Position numbers and translations under genes: made by a program | Shown: one piece after another, positions 7,705 to 18,600 of the stretch | Layout: every line of letters begins with the position of its first letter | How positions within the stretch are numbered: the first letter of the stretch is position 1 | Sequence record: OM456492.1 | Length of the DNA: 64,000 nt | Direction: 5' to 3' (one strand) | Notes under the pieces: model-generated | The model's input: only the letters and a program-made list of their open reading frames with translations | The model's database searches: none | Told to the model about the DNA's origin: nothing

Positions 7705-10700
7705 ATGGCTGTCGTCCCTGACCCGCACTATCAAGAACCGGGGAATATGCAGACCGGTGAAGCGGTAACGCCGATCGGTACTAAGTACCGGATGCTGTTC
7801 CCCGCCCACGCCCCCTTTTATACCACATCCCTGGTGGTCAAGAGTGGCGGCAAGAAATTAACATTAGGTGATGATTACGTCATCACCCATGCGTACGTTA
7901 CGGGCATGGCCCGCACTGGTCATGTTTGTCACGGCGGCGTGTGGATTACCAACCCGAAATACCAGAGTGGCTTTACACTCGATTACCATGCAATTGGTAT
8001 CGGCGAAGCCACTGCAGAAATGATCGCCGCAGAACGAGAAGCGAATAAAGATCGCTATCCCGTAGACTGCCAATGGGATAACGTCATTGGGGATTTATAT
8101 TTCCCACCGGTCGATATTAAGTTCGACTGGGAAAACTGGCGTGGCGAATCCGAGTTGATGGAAGCCATTGTTGCAGTTGGTGCTAAACTCGGTGAAGCGA
8201 TCAGTCGTGTTGACCCGATTGCTCGTAACACGCTAGACCTTCAATATCGCGCCGGTGTCGCACTTATCACATCCGAGCAGTATGCGACGTACGACGGTAC
8301 TGGCGGCTACACGTATAACGCGCCACGTCGTCGTTATTCGTTATCTTACCAGAACACGACATTCGATGCGTATTCGTTAGCGGTAAAATACCGTTTACCG
8401 AGCATTCCACCGGAAACAACGTTGAACCCAGGCGAGTTGATCGATTGGATGCTCTGTTACGCAAACGGTGGGGCAAGTATCCTGCGTCTTCAGTTGAAGC
8501 AACGCGCGATTTATCTTACCTTAACGACAGCGGTTGGTTCCGGTTCGTCTAATTACAGCTATACGTTGACGACTGGCCTGACCGATACCGAGTTGGCGGG
8601 TGAGGTTGAGTTTAGCGTGGTCAGACGCGAAGGTAACGGCGTTTACGACATCACCGTTAAAACAAGCAAGCAAACCGTTAACTACAGCTTTAACGTTGAC
8701 AACCCACCGAGCGAATTTGCGCCAGGGTATCAGAAAACTGATGTCGCAAAATGGTTGAAGTTTAAATCGGGCGTCAACCTAAACTGGTGGGCAGGTGAGA
8801 ACGATTACGTCCAGATTCGTTCATTACCAGGCGCACCGGCACCTGACGTTAACAATGACGTGTACCAGCTGCTGGTAAAATATCACCAGATTGTCGATAA
8901 ACTGTACCGTGATGCACCGGCACATGCACACGTGCCGCGCAAGGATAACCCACATCGCGATTCGTGGGGCGCAATCCGTGCTTTGGAGAATAACGGTATT
9001 GCTTCGGACGCGACACTGGTATACGGAAAAACGCAACCGCAGCTGACAGATTACGTTAACAATCTGTTGCCGAAACTGTCAACGCTGGCGAATAAGCTTT
9101 TACGTTTACCGGCGGCTGCACAGTCTATCAACGGCACGTTCGGCATGAAGCCTGGCCTGACTTCGATAACGTCAGCAGTGGGTACCGATGAGTCTGAAGG
9201 CGTGGGCGCACAATTCACGGTTGACCCGAGGGTTATCCGTTTTATTGGACGCGATTCGCAAACCGTTAATGCTGGGAACAACCCGATTACATGGCAAGGT
9301 GGGGCTAACCAACTCATCCTTTATCCGGATTCCCGTGGATTGGAGTTCAACGGTAAGAAACTGTTGGACCCTACTACGGTCGGGCCGTACCTGCCGGGCA
9401 ACGAGTCAGGTGGCGATGGACTGTTTTACGGAGCTTCCACAGCTACTGTAACTATTAACGGTAACGGTATTCAGTCTGTTCCGTTCATTTGTACTTTTGT
9501 TCCACCACAGTCCGATGACCTTGGCCTGATGGCTGTCCGTTTGTTGGCTACTGAATTCGGTGATCGTGAGGACTTGGCCGCAACGCCGGCACTCATCAAG
9601 AAATTGGATCAGCAGTTTACGGGCAAGTTGGTTGCCGTTAAATCGTACATCAACGACATGCCACTGACGAGTTCTATTTACATCGATAAAACTAACTTCG
9701 GCTTATCGAACGTACAGAACATCCCAGATGTACAATTGCCGATTTCCCCGCTCCAACAAGCTGAGCTGGACAAGTATGCAGTCGTCGGTCACAAACACAC
9801 TTCTGCTGCGTTCGGGATTAAGCGTGCAACAACGACGGAGTTCGGTTTAGTACAGTTCGGCACCGCGGTTGACGATGCCACTCTGGCATTAGACGGCGGT
9901 GAGGTCATCCGACAGGCGGACGCCATCACAGAGATAGAGAAGGTTGCGAAGACAGTCGACTCTGGTGCTTCAATCAACATTATTCGTTACGGTTTACCCG
10001 GCACGGATATCATTGAAAACGGCATCACTTACACCGACTGGATGGTTACTATTAAAGCGAACGATTATTTCGTTGGTCGCGGGTACAAAGTACCTCTCTC
10101 CACATTTAACTTGGCGGAGCTATTCCCAGCGACGCACGAAGATGCTGAGTTTGGCGTGTATGTTGACGTGGCGGGAGATGATGGCAAGTACATTATCTAC
10201 GAAAATCCAAACACGGCAGAAACTGAGACGATGACCAAAATAGGTTCCATCATCACCAGTGAAACCGGTGTGGTGTTTGTAGAAATCCGCAACGTGACGC
10301 GTTTAGGTGAGTTCCGTGAATTAGGCGAGCACATCGAGGATGATAACGCCCATATTCGTCGGGGTATGACGCAAGCTGAATTCGGATTTACTTACGGTAC
10401 GGGCGGGCCTGTGTGGTCCACGGGTGCACCGGGTACAAAACGTATAGATGCTGATTGGCGTTACGCGCAGGCTAGCGGCTATACGCCTATGTTGAAAGCG
10501 GACTACGATCCGGCTGCTGATAAATGGACGTTTAAAACAACCAGTTTATCTGTAGCCGATTATCGTTTTGTCCACAACACATTCCCGATGTTCCAGAATA
10601 ACGGCATTACCGCGACGTGGACACCTTTAACCGCAACAGCGGACAGTGTGCTAGAAACGGTAATTGGCTGTTGCCATCACTCGGCCACGTTCATGCACCG

Positions 10701-11418
10701 TATATCTGTACTCGTCGCACGCACCGCAGGGCGTATTACCACTCCAGGCGGCGTGAGCACGTATGCGGGAATCGCGGTTAACTACGGACGTGCTGCACAG
10801 GTTGTTATTGGCCTGAATGGTGTCACTGGTTCTGGCCGAGACTGGACGGCACTTAATCCATCGGTGCGTTTCAGCCACACGCGAACAGCGGACGGTATTT
10901 CGTTCGAGGGAACGATTAACATCGATTCCAAAACGATCAACTTTGAGTTGACGCTAACCGCGACAACAAAGACGCTGAAATACACCTTGCAGTCGACCGG
11001 CGAGTCGTGGACTGAAGATTTGTCTACCCGTCTCCGTCCTGACTATATTGACTTGACGAAACTGATTACCGATCCGAGTACGCCGATTTATCACGGCATG
11101 GGTGGTTTGTTTAGTTCCGACACAGAAGCGCGTTTGACTTACGCTAATCTGAACACGATGCCGATAAGGTATTGTTATTACGCCACGTTCCTTGATTATG
11201 CGATTAACTATTCCGGCTTAAACCGCGCAAGATTCTTTACTGGCGAGGTGGATGCAGGTTCAACGATTAATGAGATGAACAGCGCGATGTGCAACTATTC
11301 ATACAGTTCGTTCCGACCAGTGGATACAGGTAAAATTCCGCCGGCGGCACACCCATCCAAGATGATGACGTTCAATCCGCAAAGCACGTCAGGTCGAACA
11401 CTTATTATTCGTGATTAA
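7705..11418 (+). CDS. Tail fibre / baseplate-attached virion protein
   Basis: 1237 aa. N-terminal domain shared with the next three genes, H...NPH motif, fibre-repeat-like ATTTEFGLVQF. Confidence 0.7.
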   Translation: MAVVPDPHYQEPGNMQTGEAVTPIGTKYRMLFPAHAPFYTTSLVVKSGGKKLTLGDDYVITHAYVTGMARTGHVCHGGVWITNPKYQSGFTLDYHAIGIGEATAEMIAAEREANKDRYPVDCQWDNVIGDLYFPPVDIKFDWENWRGESELMEAIVAVGAKLGEAISRVDPIARNTLDLQYRAGVALITSEQYATYDGTGGYTYNAPRRRYSLSYQNTTFDAYSLAVKYRLPSIPPETTLNPGELIDWMLCYANGGASILRLQLKQRAIYLTLTTAVGSGSSNYSYTLTTGLTDTELAGEVEFSVVRREGNGVYDITVKTSKQTVNYSFNVDNPPSEFAPGYQKTDVAKWLKFKSGVNLNWWAGENDYVQIRSLPGAPAPDVNNDVYQLLVKYHQIVDKLYRDAPAHAHVPRKDNPHRDSWGAIRALENNGIASDATLVYGKTQPQLTDYVNNLLPKLSTLANKLLRLPAAAQSINGTFGMKPGLTSITSAVGTDESEGVGAQFTVDPRVIRFIGRDSQTVNAGNNPITWQGGANQLILYPDSRGLEFNGKKLLDPTTVGPYLPGNESGGDGLFYGASTATVTINGNGIQSVPFICTFVPPQSDDLGLMAVRLLATEFGDREDLAATPALIKKLDQQFTGKLVAVKSYINDMPLTSSIYIDKTNFGLSNVQNIPDVQLPISPLQQAELDKYAVVGHKHTSAAFGIKRATTTEFGLVQFGTAVDDATLALDGGEVIRQADAITEIEKVAKTVDSGASINIIRYGLPGTDIIENGITYTDWMVTIKANDYFVGRGYKVPLSTFNLAELFPATHEDAEFGVYVDVAGDDGKYIIYENPNTAETETMTKIGSIITSETGVVFVEIRNVTRLGEFRELGEHIEDDNAHIRRGMTQAEFGFTYGTGGPVWSTGAPGTKRIDADWRYAQASGYTPMLKADYDPAADKWTFKTTSLSVADYRFVHNTFPMFQNNGITATWTPLTATADSVLETVIGCCHHSATFMHRISVLVARTAGRITTPGGVSTYAGIAVNYGRAAQVVIGLNGVTGSGRDWTALNPSVRFSHTRTADGISFEGTINIDSKTINFELTLTATTKTLKYTLQSTGESWTEDLSTRLRPDYIDLTKLITDPSTPIYHGMGGLFSSDTEARLTYANLNTMPIRYCYYATFLDYAINYSGLNRARFFTGEVDAGSTINEMNSAMCNYSYSSFRPVDTGKIPPAAHPSKMMTFNPQSTSGRTLIIRD

Positions 11419-11430
11419 GGAGATTTTTGA

Positions 11431-14400
11431 ATGAAAACGTATCCTTACGATCCTCGGGGTGTAAATCCCGAGTGTCACTTCATCGAGGAACGTATCATCG
11501 ACTCCGACAATCCTAACGATCGGGTGGTGATGCTAGATCATCGCCCATTTTTCGAAGGATTGGTGGTAACGCTCGCCGGCTCGTCCATACCGCTTACCCG
11601 CGGGACGGACTATGAGCTGGAGTATGCTTTAACACCGTTGGACGACTCGGTGACGACCCCGGTGTTCTGTGGGGTGCATCTTATTAACCCTAAACTGCGT
11701 GGTGCAGTGGTCTTTGAAGGCCAGATGCTCGGGGGTACGTTTTACAGTGGTCTGATTGAGATGTTGGATGAGCTAATTAAGGCTCTCAACAATCCAACGG
11801 CTGCAGATTGGCTGCTTTTAGGTAATCGTCCTTCCCTGTACCCAGCCACCCCTGCAGCGGTAGCTTGGTCAGACATGCTGAATAAAAAGTATGTTGCCTC
11901 TGCAGTGCATGATGTGGAGTTAGATGCCGGGGCGGCCAACGAGCAGATTCGTGAAAAGCTTACCGAGCTGAAAGATACGGTTCTGGCCTTAGGAACTGAA
12001 ATCGCCACATTTAACTACCCCGGACACATTGCGTCCACTAACCCACATGGGACTACCGCGGCGCAGGCCGGGGCGCAGCCAGTCAACCTGAAAACGCCAG
12101 ATACTTTCCTGGCGTATGGAAAGACGTTGCGTCAGTTAACCAGCGAAGTCCGTGCACTGGGCCTGCAACAATCGGATATCGACAAGTACATTTCTAAATG
12201 GGTATCGAAAGAATCCAAAGGGGTGTTTAACGCGACGATATCTGGTACTCGTGCCCTGTTCCGTTCTCCTGCTGGCGAATCCGAAATTGTGTTCTCTGCT
12301 GAGGCATTCACTCTTAAATCTAATGGCTCTGTTGTGTTGGCGTGTGGGTATGCCGACACTACTGAAACCGTCCGGTTTATGGAGTGGAAAGCAGGCATCA
12401 ATACGCTACGTATTGAGTCAACCGGCAGTGCCTTGGGGATGGATAAGCTGACGCTTAACGGAACAACGTTGCTGACCACCACCGCTCTCATGGGCTATCA
12501 ACAAGACCCTGGTGCCGGCGGTGGTACCGGCGGTGGTACCGTAGACCCGGATGACAATAAACTGTACATTAGCGGGGTGAACGGCATTACTTTCACGGGC
12601 AAAGGGTCAAAAGCTGATCCCGTCACCGGGAAGGTCACAGCCAAACCTGCGACGACCTCTGAACCAGGCGTTGTGACGCTAACTGATAAGCCGAGCGATG
12701 TAGTCAAAGGACAAGCAGCCACCCCAGCTTCGCTCTTACCGTACGAGGGTGATCTGTCTTCGTACGTCAGGAAGACAACACTGCTGAATAACCAGCCGAT
12801 GGACACTGGTAGCCGAACGCTAACGAAAAAGGATTTGGGTCTGGACTTGGCTGATAACACAGCTGACGTCGATAAACCACTTTCTGATTCGTTGGCAGAA
12901 GCAGTTACTGGTCTTAGTGATAAAGGCCACCATCACAACTTCGCCGATTTACAGATCCCAACGGCTTCTCAAACAGTGCCCGGCATCTCTCGATACTCTA
13001 CCAACCTAAACGGGTTGGCGGATAATCGCGGCGTTACTCCGAACGTTCTGAACGATTTGTCAAAACGTTTAGACGTAGTTGCAGCTGCACTAGCAAACGC
13101 GAAAGAGGATTCCGTGACTGATTTTGCCGCTGTGCGCGGTAAGACTTGGACTGTGGGGTCTTCACGTACCACCCTCGCCGTAACGGATTTGAATTATTTC
13201 TATCTGTTAAATGGTGCACGTAAAGAGGGGACGGTATCCGGTTCGATAGACCTGCAAACCACGCCGATGTTCCAGTGGTTCTCTCCAGATAACCGTATGG
13301 AGACAACGTGGCAGAACGCGGTAATTAATATCGGTGCTGGTGTTGATTTTAGTGGGTTTGAGGTTGCCGTCCCGGAAACGAACTACGGTGCGCAGATTGG
13401 TTTAACGACAACTGGAATGGGTGATTTGTCGGTCGTTAACCTCTTAGCGAAAACGTGGGTTCGTTGCGACTCTGGTAAGCTGCGGATTTGGGTTCGTGGC
13501 GGTGGTGCTGTTTCTGTTTATCTGGACGGTGAAATTATCGGTGCGGGTATTACAGAAGCGGGGTATCTGGAGGCGACTGTCAAGGAGGGGTGGAAGCAAC
13601 ACTGCTTAGCATTCCGTGCCGAGTGTAACGATAGCGCTAAAGCAGCCGCAATTCGTTTCACAATTTACGACGGTGACTTTGCGGTTGGGGCCTCGGATAA
13701 AAACACCAAAGTTGCCCGCCTGCAGGAGTTTGTTAAGACGCCGAATGGTTTAAGGCATTACCTCTATGTGAACATGATAACCGATGCGTTATATTCGCGC
13801 GCCGAACCTATTGTGGACACGGAAGGTATTAACTTGGAACGCGGCTATATCGGACATATTGATGTACCCGAGACGGGATTGGTTGCAGGTACGACTTACG
13901 AGTTTGAAACGACGTTTGATTTTGGCATGGCGTCCGAACTTAAACGGCACTTCGAAACACGTCTGGCGCACGGAGTGAGTAATGCCGACTGGTCGTTGAC
14001 GGATAACCCAAAAATGTTACCGCTAAACAAAGTCGATCCGTTGCCTAAACAGTGGCTTTATGCGTACCCTAATAGTCCAGTTTCTGGTAACCACTATATT
14101 CGATTAGACCGAGGGTTATTCGATTATAAATTTGATAGTACCATTTCAAGCCTAGTGTTTGTTGGAGCGGTTGTCTCCACAGAAAGCGCATCACCGTACT
14201 GCTGGTTTACACCAAGCAACCCGAAAGAAAAAGGGATGGCGACGTTTGAAGGTTCTGTGGTGGTCGATGTTGATTTGTCGGAAGCACAAACAGTTCGCGT
14301 TCGCGATATCACATTAAACTTCATGGCCCCGTCTGCAGATGATAAAAGCATGACTAGGGTACTGGGATGGAGTAGCAATCGTCCAGAATTGAATTGTGGC

Positions 14401-15573
14401 TTCATCAGGTCTCCTTATAACCAAGCAACTGGAGGCATCATCTCGACCACGCAGGGCAGTGTTACAAATAAGGTGCTTGAAAATCCGAGGGTAATTAAAA
14501 ACCTGACGAGCCAATCTACCGAGTGTTTAGATTTTCTTTCGGTTCATACCGATAGTGAGCTTGCGCCGCTTGGAGATCGTTGGCTTGTACGTTATCGATA
14601 CATTGTTGATACGCAGGTACTGCGCATCTCAATGGTTTCTAAGTTGATAGCCAATCCGCTGGTGCAGGTTTACGAAATGGAATACGACATTCCGTTTGAT
14701 GCGATCGATTACTTTAAAGGTGGGGCGTTAGCCATCCACGTTTCCGGTATTGAAACTCGAGACAACGTGACTATTAACCACGGTTTGATGCAGCCGATCA
14801 TCTCAGATGTGGATATAAATCGTTTCCATTATTTACGTTCACTGTTTGAGTCGTATATTGAAAGGACGCCAGATAGACAGTCTTCCGACCACGAGGAGAT
14901 GACAGTAACAACGGTACCTTTTGCGTCATTTGGAGATAACGTTGATCACCCGGTTACGGAATACATCACGATGTCTGCTGCAAGTGAGGGATATCCGGAA
15001 CTTGCACCGAACGGTAAACTCCCCGCGCCGTTTTATAAAGGGCTGCAGAAACGTGGTGCTCCGCTACTTGAGTCGGCTCCTGCCGACTATACGTCTAACG
15101 GTGGTGAATGGAAGTACGGCCTTATGCGGACTTATCGCCCGACTCAAACTGAGCGTTTTGTGTCGGTAAATGGGACAATGCTCTCTAACTACCCTGGATA
15201 TATCGTCGTGGGTAGTGAGAAAATTCCGGGTAATGTTATACCTTTCAGTGCGTCGACAACAGCTGTTCAGATATCCAGGACTCTTGCCCGCACGAAACCG
15301 ATGCAGCCAATTCACATCGTGTTCGTGCCTCCGGAAGGTTCTGTGCCGCCGTTGCAAGCGAAGTTCACTATTAATGGCGTAGGTAGTAGTGGTAATCCGA
15401 TGTTCGTGATTACTGAAACGACACCGTTAGAACTTCGCACTGGAGGCGAGACGATTCTCATTGAGAAGCGTAATCCATTCCACATCCCCACCAGGACATG
15501 GGATTGGATTTTACAAACGTTGGATACTGAACGTAGAAACGAAGGCAACAACTCGGGTGAGTGGGCCTCTTAG
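11431..15573 (+). CDS. Tail fibre protein
   Basis: 1380 aa. NPHGTT motif, two tail-fibre-repeat-like segments (ATTSEPGVVTL...ATP and ASQTVPGISRY...VTP). Confidence 0.7.
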   Translation: MKTYPYDPRGVNPECHFIEERIIDSDNPNDRVVMLDHRPFFEGLVVTLAGSSIPLTRGTDYELEYALTPLDDSVTTPVFCGVHLINPKLRGAVVFEGQMLGGTFYSGLIEMLDELIKALNNPTAADWLLLGNRPSLYPATPAAVAWSDMLNKKYVASAVHDVELDAGAANEQIREKLTELKDTVLALGTEIATFNYPGHIASTNPHGTTAAQAGAQPVNLKTPDTFLAYGKTLRQLTSEVRALGLQQSDIDKYISKWVSKESKGVFNATISGTRALFRSPAGESEIVFSAEAFTLKSNGSVVLACGYADTTETVRFMEWKAGINTLRIESTGSALGMDKLTLNGTTLLTTTALMGYQQDPGAGGGTGGGTVDPDDNKLYISGVNGITFTGKGSKADPVTGKVTAKPATTSEPGVVTLTDKPSDVVKGQAATPASLLPYEGDLSSYVRKTTLLNNQPMDTGSRTLTKKDLGLDLADNTADVDKPLSDSLAEAVTGLSDKGHHHNFADLQIPTASQTVPGISRYSTNLNGLADNRGVTPNVLNDLSKRLDVVAAALANAKEDSVTDFAAVRGKTWTVGSSRTTLAVTDLNYFYLLNGARKEGTVSGSIDLQTTPMFQWFSPDNRMETTWQNAVINIGAGVDFSGFEVAVPETNYGAQIGLTTTGMGDLSVVNLLAKTWVRCDSGKLRIWVRGGGAVSVYLDGEIIGAGITEAGYLEATVKEGWKQHCLAFRAECNDSAKAAAIRFTIYDGDFAVGASDKNTKVARLQEFVKTPNGLRHYLYVNMITDALYSRAEPIVDTEGINLERGYIGHIDVPETGLVAGTTYEFETTFDFGMASELKRHFETRLAHGVSNADWSLTDNPKMLPLNKVDPLPKQWLYAYPNSPVSGNHYIRLDRGLFDYKFDSTISSLVFVGAVVSTESASPYCWFTPSNPKEKGMATFEGSVVVDVDLSEAQTVRVRDITLNFMAPSADDKSMTRVLGWSSNRPELNCGFIRSPYNQATGGIISTTQGSVTNKVLENPRVIKNLTSQSTECLDFLSVHTDSELAPLGDRWLVRYRYIVDTQVLRISMVSKLIANPLVQVYEMEYDIPFDAIDYFKGGALAIHVSGIETRDNVTINHGLMQPIISDVDINRFHYLRSLFESYIERTPDRQSSDHEEMTVTTVPFASFGDNVDHPVTEYITMSAASEGYPELAPNGKLPAPFYKGLQKRGAPLLESAPADYTSNGGEWKYGLMRTYRPTQTERFVSVNGTMLSNYPGYIVVGSEKIPGNVIPFSASTTAVQISRTLARTKPMQPIHIVFVPPEGSVPPLQAKFTINGVGSSGNPMFVITETTPLELRTGGETILIEKRNPFHIPTRTWDWILQTLDTERRNEGNNSGEWAS

Positions 15574-15575
15574 GA

Positions 15576-15601
15576 CGGACTGCCTGCGGGCGGGTAGTCC
15601 G
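15576..15601 (+). other. Intercistronic 26-nt hairpin CGGACT-N14-AGTCCG, no U tract
   Basis: Directly visible; twin with the same outer stem and length at 22116-22141. Confidence 0.6.
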
Positions 15602-15668
15602 TAGGTAAACCGCCCTTCCGTTATTGGGAGGGCGGTCTCCGTTTTATTACAGATTAGGAGTGTTTGCA

Positions 15669-18600
15669 ATGCCGAGAGAAGATGCGGCGCAGTTTAACGG
15701 TACGCTCAGTACCGCTACTTACCCGAACCGTTATTCGGCGGTCATTCCCGTCGAAGCACCGTTCTATCGCATCGGGTTAACGTTAACCGTTACCGATAAA
15801 ACAACCGGAACCAAACGCAAGTTAATAGAAGGTCTTGATTATTTCTTAGGACATTACTTCCAGGAATTAGCCGAGGCTGAGAACGATGCAATATACGGCA
15901 GCATAATGCTGCTGAACGCCACAGAGGTAGAATACGAGTTACTGTCGGTTGGTCGACGGTATCGCATCCCTGCTTCTGAAATCGGCAAGTATCTGGTTAA
16001 GACAGATATGAAAGACCCGCGTAACTGCGATTGGTCTGAGCTGATGAAATACCCGCCGATTATCTCGCCAATCGATCCGCCAAAAGACCTCGAAGAAGCG
16101 ATTCTTCGCGATGAAATCGTAAAGGCGTTGGAAGATATCCGTCTGGGTATTTTAGAGCGCGCCCACGAGCTGGATGAGGCTTTTGCCGAAGTTACCGACT
16201 TGATTTATCAGAACGGTAAGCAGGTGTTTGATGACGAAATGTATCAACACCATCTGATTAAAAATGCACATGGTTACACCTGCGGCGACATTGGCGCTCT
16301 CCCGGTACTCGGCAAAGCCGTAGATGCGACCAAAGCGTTTGGACGTACCCTGGCAGAGTTAGTGACGTTAATGTCTACCAGCGGCATCCAACAGAAACAC
16401 GTTGACATGCTTCTGGATAATACCCTGGGTGATTTACTGGGCCGTATGCGTGTTCTGAATAACGACGCGATTACGTTCCAAACAACGTCTGGTCACGTTA
16501 TCAGCATGAAAGGTGAGAAGTTCATCATCACCTCGACAAAACCGCTGGTATTAAAAGCCGATCAGGATAACAACGAACCGGGTATCGCTACGGAGTTCAG
16601 TGCTGGTCTGAACACGCTTTGGGTTCACTCGGGTAAAGCAGGTGACAAGTGGGGCGCTTATGATGCAGGTGTGCTTGCACCTGTGTATAACGGCGTGTAT
16701 CTCGTTACACCGGATATGGTTAAGATGTACTTGACCTCGGTGAAGATACTTCCAGCAAACGCCTACTTCAAGTCCAGCGACACGTTGAAGATTTATGGCT
16801 CTGGTAAAGAAACAAACAAAGTTTACATGAATGCGGAGCTGCCTGCAGCAACCACAACTGTGCAGGGTTTGTTTGCGATTACTAACCTTTCGGCGTCCGC
16901 TGCATCGTCCACAGCGATTTCCCAAAAAGCTGTTACTGACTTGAAGAACAAACTCGACGGATATGTGGACGACACGTATACGGTCAACGGTAAGGGGTTT
17001 GTGTTAGACGAAAACGGTCAAATGCATTTAACCTTAACCGCGCTGGATTTCGGTATTGAGAAGATGAACAATACCGGACCGCTGGAGAAACCGGTTACTA
17101 ATGCGTTGCGCACCGTGCTATCAGGCAAGGCACTCTCAACACATACCCACACCATTGCTGATCTCGATAACGTGCCGTACGCATCCACGTCTGTTACAGG
17201 TTTGGCTAAACTGTGGGATGCTATTGACACCACAACAGATAAGATGGTTACTGCCCGCCAGGGTTTCTTGCTCGAACAGAAGATCGGTACACTGAACGAC
17301 AAGATTGCTACGTTGTTGCCAGCATGGACCGTTGGCGGATCATCGTACGGCAACAATAACTTCTTGCCTATACCTGTCCAGGGGAACTACGAAGGGTACA
17401 CCAAAAACCAAACCTGGCAAAAAGGACTGGCGCGTTACGAGGCTGGTAAGGTTTACTCGTTGCGTAATGGTTCCAACGGGAACCCGCCAGGTGACTGGGC
17501 TATCTATTACGCTTACGTGGATGTAACCGCGGACAACACGCTGACGAACATGCAGCAGACGTCCGTACGTTACCGTCCCGTTGGAATGTCGGCGTATCCT
17601 GGGGTGGATCTGGTTGCTATTGTGATTACCGGTACAGATGCAATGATCTGCTTAGGCAGTGACGGTGCGTATTACCTGGTCATCTTTGACGGCACCATTG
17701 ACCATGCAAAACATCATCGTGTTGTTAAAGTTTACTTGGGCGATTATCGATATGGTAATGCCGCGGGCACAGTAACGACGGCACCGTGGGCTCCAAACGT
17801 TTCTACAGACGATTTGATCGTTTGTAATGAACGTATCTACCTGTTGCGTACGGTGCTTACCTCCGGTGACTATTTCGTGAGTATGCGTAGCATCGCGCTC
17901 AACGAACTTAATCTGGGCGGTAGCAACACGTTTGTGGCGGATGCGTTAACGGGCGGGATATTAACGTCGGGTGAAAACGTTTATCTGCGACAGGGACAGA
18001 AACGTGCACCTTCCGATGCGCTCCCAGCACCAGTTACACAGATCTACGCAGACGCGTTAGCGAAGTGGAACAATGCAACCAACTTTGTACATGGTCCTGA
18101 GTGTAATCACGCGATTGGTGTTGATGGGCTGAAATTTCGTGTTGGTTTAACGCCAACAGTCTGGTTTGCCTCCAGCACAGGGCAGACGATTAGCTTTAAA
18201 CAATGGGTGTCAAGCTTTGTTGTCGATTGTAGCGCATTAACGGTAACGCTGGAAGGGGCTGATCGATTCCCTATTGTGGCTGATCTTACCGCGGTTCGTT
18301 ATAACGGTGGTGCTGAGATTGGGATTCCGAGCCGGAAGTGGGGCGAAGGTCAAGCTAATAACCAAACCTTTGCAACATCGCAAGACAAATATATCGTTTC
18401 GCAAGGACATGCCGGCGATCGTGACCTAATGCCAATTGTCGTGATTACAACGTTAGATGACGGTGTGAGTTGGTACGAGTACCTGTCGTGCGACTACAAC
18501 TTCACTGCCAGAAGGTTTAGTGCGGTAACGTTAAACCAGGGACGTGGTTCTATCTACGAGCTGGGTATGGCGTATCCGCTGACTCTGGGAGCGGATTCCA